The translations under genes and the position numbers were made by a program. This document shows, one piece after another, positions 60,249 through 64,000 of a stretch of DNA of 64,000 nt (position 1 is the stretch's first letter; the number at the start of each line of letters is the position of its first letter). The stretch is from Candidatus Omnitrophota bacterium (GTDB lineage: Bacteria; Omnitrophota; Gorgyraeia; Duberdicusellales; 4484-171), in contig JAQUWY010000004.1 of the NCBI GenBank assembly GCA_028692655.1, positions 933-64,932 on the forward strand, written 5' to 3'. The notes under the pieces were generated by a model. The model saw only the letters and a program-made list of their open reading frames with translations, searched no databases and was not told where the DNA came from.

Positions 60249-61628
60249 ATGAAAAAAATAATACATACAACAATTTTTTTAATAATAGGGGTATTAATAA
60301 TCTATTTAATAAGCAAAGATTCCGAATCAAGGGCTTCCTGGATTGTTTCTGGTTTATTGACGGTTGTCTTACTTGCTATTTTGCCCGTTAAGTATTTTCT
60401 TTATTTTTTTATAGGCTCTCTTTTCTTTGACCGGTATATCTGGGAGTTTTTAAATTTTAGCATCAGGCCGAGCCAAATCATGGGAATTCTTTTATTTCTA
60501 AAATGGTTATTTGCAGTGAAGCATAAACGCAGTATCTTTAGTAACATTCTATTTATTCCGCTCGTCCTTTTTATAGTTGCAAGTTTAATTTCCAGCATAT
60601 TCAATTCAGGAGACTTGTCCAGAAATTTGCAGCTCGTCCTTCTTTCTGTCGTATTCTTTTGTCCTATTTTCCCAGTGGTAAGCTTGCTTGGTAATCAGAA
60701 AAATTACGAAAAAATTTTAAAATTCTATATTTTATTAGGAGCAGCCATGGCTGTCTATGGATTGATTGCCTACATTTTATTTGTCATGTTTAATATTAAT
60801 ATAGGCGTAATAAATTCTGAATTGGGAGGCAGGATAGTTGGAACACAGCATAATGCAGGAGATCATTTCGGATTGCAGATGATGTTTTTTGTAATTATAA
60901 TGTTCAACTATCTCCATGTGCGTTCTATATTTATTTCAACCAGAAAAATAAAATTATTGCTTTTTATATTTATCCCCGCGATGATGCTATCCTTTAAAAG
61001 GATAGCTTTTATAGGTGTAATTATTTCGTTCCTTTCAAGTTGGCTGGTTTTATGTTCTCAGCATAAAATGATGGTTTTTGCGAAAAAATTTCTGGGATTA
61101 ATAACCGTAGGTTCCATATTAGTTATTTTATTTAATTTATTAACTGTTAAAGAAAACGTTATTATAGATAGAGAAATAGTAACCCGAAGGTATTCTAAAG
61201 ATATAAATGTTCAAACACATTCTATGCAGAGTCGTTTAAACAATTGGGAAATTGGCCTGGAGATATACAAGGAGCATCCCTTAATAGGGAATGGCCCCGG
61301 AACTGCCGAAGGCGGGTTTTGGGTATCAAATGTATTGATACGTACGATGGCCGATACAGGAATCCTAGGGTTGCTTGCTGTAATATTCTTGCTGGTAAGG
61401 ATTTTTATGTTAGGTTTCAGGGCAGTGCGTTTTTCCAACAAAGTTAATGCTGCAGCCATTAATGTTCATGTAGTAGGAATGTTATCGGCATTCATTTCTC
61501 TGGTTTTTGTTAATATGGTAGACGACCAGTTTTTATTGGGCATGTTCTGGTTCCATATCAGTTTAATTGTAGCGACATTTAATTTAGCTATAAAATTGGG
61601 AACACAGACTGAAAGGCAGATAGTATAG
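60249..61628 (+). CDS. O-antigen ligase/polymerase family (Wzy_C domain) polytopic membrane protein
   Basis: At least 10 predicted TM helices with a large loop containing HPLIGNGPG typical of WaaL/PglL/Wzy_C proteins. Confidence 0.65.
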   Translation: MKKIIHTTIFLIIGVLIIYLISKDSESRASWIVSGLLTVVLLAILPVKYFLYFFIGSLFFDRYIWEFLNFSIRPSQIMGILLFLKWLFAVKHKRSIFSNILFIPLVLFIVASLISSIFNSGDLSRNLQLVLLSVVFFCPIFPVVSLLGNQKNYEKILKFYILLGAAMAVYGLIAYILFVMFNINIGVINSELGGRIVGTQHNAGDHFGLQMMFFVIIMFNYLHVRSIFISTRKIKLLLFIFIPAMMLSFKRIAFIGVIISFLSSWLVLCSQHKMMVFAKKFLGLITVGSILVILFNLLTVKENVIIDREIVTRRYSKDINVQTHSMQSRLNNWEIGLEIYKEHPLIGNGPGTAEGGFWVSNVLIRTMADTGILGLLAVIFLLVRIFMLGFRAVRFSNKVNAAAINVHVVGMLSAFISLVFVNMVDDQFLLGMFWFHISLIVATFNLAIKLGTQTERQIV

Positions 61629-61815
61629 ATTTGCCGATGCTACAACGTTGCGGTAACGTATACCCCGGTGAATTGCATTGCCCATTTTGAAGAACTCGGT
61701 TAAAATAGTGCAAAAAATGCATTGGAGATGTTCTTTAAAGCACCCCCCGGTCGTTGTTAGTCTAAATAACTTTTGAGATCATTATACTGTAGGAAATCAA
61801 TAGGGAATATAACCA

Positions 61816-62973
61816 ATGACTTTTAAAACCGATGTGATTAAATTGCTGGTTAATTATTTCTATAAACCTATTTCACCAATTGAAGTCATATTGTATTTAA
61901 CGAATAAGTGTAATCTTAAATGCAAATTCTGTGATATAGGGATAGCAAATATTAAAAAAGAACCTCATCCCTATAGGGAATTGTCTCTTTTGCAATTAGA
62001 TAAGATTGTGAAAGCGATGGTTGCATTAAAGGTAGAAAAAGCTTATATTACCGGTGGAGAACCATTCTTAGCGGAAAATTTATGGTACTTTCTGGATTTA
62101 TGTTGTCGCAACTCAAGGCAAATCAGTGGAATAACTACAAATGGTAATACTTTGAATGCCTTAACAAAAGAGCAGGTAGACATTTTAAATTACGCTAAAA
62201 CCCGGCGCATCATTATTTCTGTAGATTATGCTTCTGCGGATAAACACGATGCCTTCAGGGGTAGAGTTGGGCTTTTTAGAGATATAGAAACATTTCTGGT
62301 TTCTGAAAAGTCAGACAGAATAAAAAGTAATTACTGGATTTCAACAGTAATCAGTAAAGATAATTATAAGGAGTTGCCGGAGTTAATCAAATGGGCTGCT
62401 ACCATTAATAAAATACGACATATAAATTTTCAACCGGTATGCGTCGAGCCTATATTTGTAGATTACAAAAGGTGCAAGACAAGCCAAGATGCTTTATATG
62501 CAAGCGCAGCATTTTTGAATGAACTGGAAACATATATTTCCGCCGCACTAAAAACAGCAGAAGATTACGGCATGTCCACTAGCCTGCCTTTTCTTAAGTT
62601 ATGGATAAAAGAATATTTCAAATACGCAAAAACTGAGGAGTACTTTTTTAAGAAGGTAATGAAAGGCTTTATTTGCTCTAGGCCGTATAATTATCTTTCT
62701 GTTAATTATAACGGGGACATTCTGGCGTGTACTCACATAGGGCCTACAGGGAGTATTGATAAAGGCGATATCATTTCTGTCTGGAGACAATCCGCAGAAA
62801 AGTATAGAAAAAGCTTTAAAAAAGGCGTATATTTTGAGAAATGTAAAAGCTGTTTCTGTGACTTCGGGTCTAATTATAGGGCTTCGCTATTGTATGAGCC
62901 GATGAAGAATATCAAACATGTTTTTGCTGTGATTCCGTATTATATAAATAGACTTTTGAAGAAAACCAATTAA
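61816..62973 (+). CDS. radical SAM / SPASM-like domain protein
   Basis: Cx3Cx2C (CNLKCKFC) at residues 32-39, ITGGEPFL, TTNGN, and C-terminal cysteines (C...CTHIGPTG...CKSCFCDFG). Confidence 0.7.
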   Translation: MTFKTDVIKLLVNYFYKPISPIEVILYLTNKCNLKCKFCDIGIANIKKEPHPYRELSLLQLDKIVKAMVALKVEKAYITGGEPFLAENLWYFLDLCCRNSRQISGITTNGNTLNALTKEQVDILNYAKTRRIIISVDYASADKHDAFRGRVGLFRDIETFLVSEKSDRIKSNYWISTVISKDNYKELPELIKWAATINKIRHINFQPVCVEPIFVDYKRCKTSQDALYASAAFLNELETYISAALKTAEDYGMSTSLPFLKLWIKEYFKYAKTEEYFFKKVMKGFICSRPYNYLSVNYNGDILACTHIGPTGSIDKGDIISVWRQSAEKYRKSFKKGVYFEKCKSCFCDFGSNYRASLLYEPMKNIKHVFAVIPYYINRLLKKTN

Positions 62974-62996
62974 TTCATTAACAAGCCAAAGAAAAT

Positions 62997-64000
62997 ATGA
63001 AGATATGTTTTATTGTTCTCAAAGGGATGCCTTTTGGCGGGGGGATAGAAAAATATACTGAAGAATTAGGCTCAAGGCTTGTTCAAAAAGGCCATGAAAT
63101 CGTTGTTTATGCTATGCGCCATTATGGCGCTAAAGACGGAATTTATAAAGGAATGAAAATTAAAACAGTTCCTACTTTGAGAACCAAAAATCTTGAGAAG
63201 ATTGTAGCCTCTCTCATGTCTACTATTTACCAATATTCGGAGAAGAAAGTAGATATTATCCATTTTCATGCCTTTGGCCCGGCAATATTTAATCTTATAC
63301 CCAGGCTGGCAGGAATAAAAGTCGTAGTACAAGGGCATGGTTTAGAGTGGCGTAGATCAAGATGGAATCCCGGAATAAAGTTGGCTTTAAAGCTGACGGA
63401 GTTTTTTTCGGTAAAGTTCCCTAACCGAATAACTGTTGTTTCTCGTGTCCAACAAAAATATTTGCGTGAAAGATACAATGCAGACAGCATATATATACCT
63501 ACAGGTGTTAATTTTCCGCAACCGGAAGAGCCGGAATTAATAAAACAGTATGGCCTCAAAGGTAATGATTATATTCTTTTTGCGGCTCGGCTTGTTAAAG
63601 AAAAAGGCGCACATCATTTGATCGAGGCCTACAAGCGCCTTAATACCGACAAGAAGCTTGTTATCTCCGGCGACATAGAAAATGAGAGAGAATATAAAAA
63701 GTCTCTCTATAAGCTGAGCGGGAAGAACAAGGATATTATTTTTACCGGATTTATAACAGGAAAAGTTCTACGGGAAGTATTTTCAAATTGTTATATGTTT
63801 GTGTTACCTTCTGAAATAGAAGGTTTATCTACAACTCTTCTTGAAGCTATGAGTTATGGAAATTACTGTCTGGCCAGCGATATACCGGAAAATCTCGAAG
63901 CATTGGGTAGTTTGGGGCACTCTTTCAAGTGTGGGGATGTAGATGATTTGAAAAATAAAATGCAGCACCTAATAGACGATAGAAGCATTATAGAAACGGA
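62997..64000 (+). CDS. family 4 (group 1) glycosyltransferase, 5' partial (continues beyond the window)
   Basis: ATG at 62997 and an ORF open to the window end. GT4 motifs are visible (FAARLVKEKG...LPSEIEGLSTTLLEAMSYGNYCLASDIPEN). Absent from the ORF track because there is no stop. Confidence 0.8.
   Translation, partial: MKICFIVLKGMPFGGGIEKYTEELGSRLVQKGHEIVVYAMRHYGAKDGIYKGMKIKTVPTLRTKNLEKIVASLMSTIYQYSEKKVDIIHFHAFGPAIFNLIPRLAGIKVVVQGHGLEWRRSRWNPGIKLALKLTEFFSVKFPNRITVVSRVQQKYLRERYNADSIYIPTGVNFPQPEEPELIKQYGLKGNDYILFAARLVKEKGAHHLIEAYKRLNTDKKLVISGDIENEREYKKSLYKLSGKNKDIIFTGFITGKVLREVFSNCYMFVLPSEIEGLSTTLLEAMSYGNYCLASDIPENLEALGSLGHSFKCGDVDDLKNKMQHLIDDRSIIET

Noticed and set aside
61629-61815. Tiny Cys-containing ORFs (for example MLQRCGNVYPGELHCPF) upstream of the third radical SAM gene
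   Set aside because: They are shorter than 20 codons, have no convincing RBS and show no recognisable leader motif.

Overview
The window holds a conserved replication-origin neighbourhood followed by a tRNA hotspot and a large glycan / modified-sugar island. On the minus strand the housekeeping block carries an EndoQ-like PHP protein co-oriented with pyrR-pyrB-pyrC behind a PyrR attenuator, rsmI, a YvcK/CofD-like protein with a membrane anchor, nagB, gyrA, gyrB, a DUF721 protein, dnaN and dnaA. On the plus strand it carries rpmH-yidD-yidC (no rnpA), three parS-like palindromes ahead of parA-parB, then ndk, yicC, gmk and rpoZ. A tRNA cluster (Cys, Leu, Val, Asp, plus Glu and Arg elsewhere) is full of tandem duplications of tRNA 3'-end-containing units that share a hairpin-forming core. 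From about 24.4 kb to the window end lies a more AT-rich island of more than 40 kb, still open at the right edge. It encodes nucleotide-sugar tailoring enzymes (2,3-dehydratase, two DegT aminotransferases, formyl-, acetyl-, carbamoyl-, O-methyl-, pyruvyl- and amidotransferases), three radical-SAM/SPASM proteins, two FrhB-like Fe-S proteins, an ATP-grasp-SDR fusion, an MsbA/PglK-like ABC exporter and WecF-like, GT2, GT4 and GT9 transferases. It also holds a Wzy_C ligase-like protein, an IS3-family element that splits a methyltransferase gene, a frameshifted radical-SAM gene and a glycosyltransferase remnant. The island and the tRNA-linked repeat elements are the most novel-looking parts.
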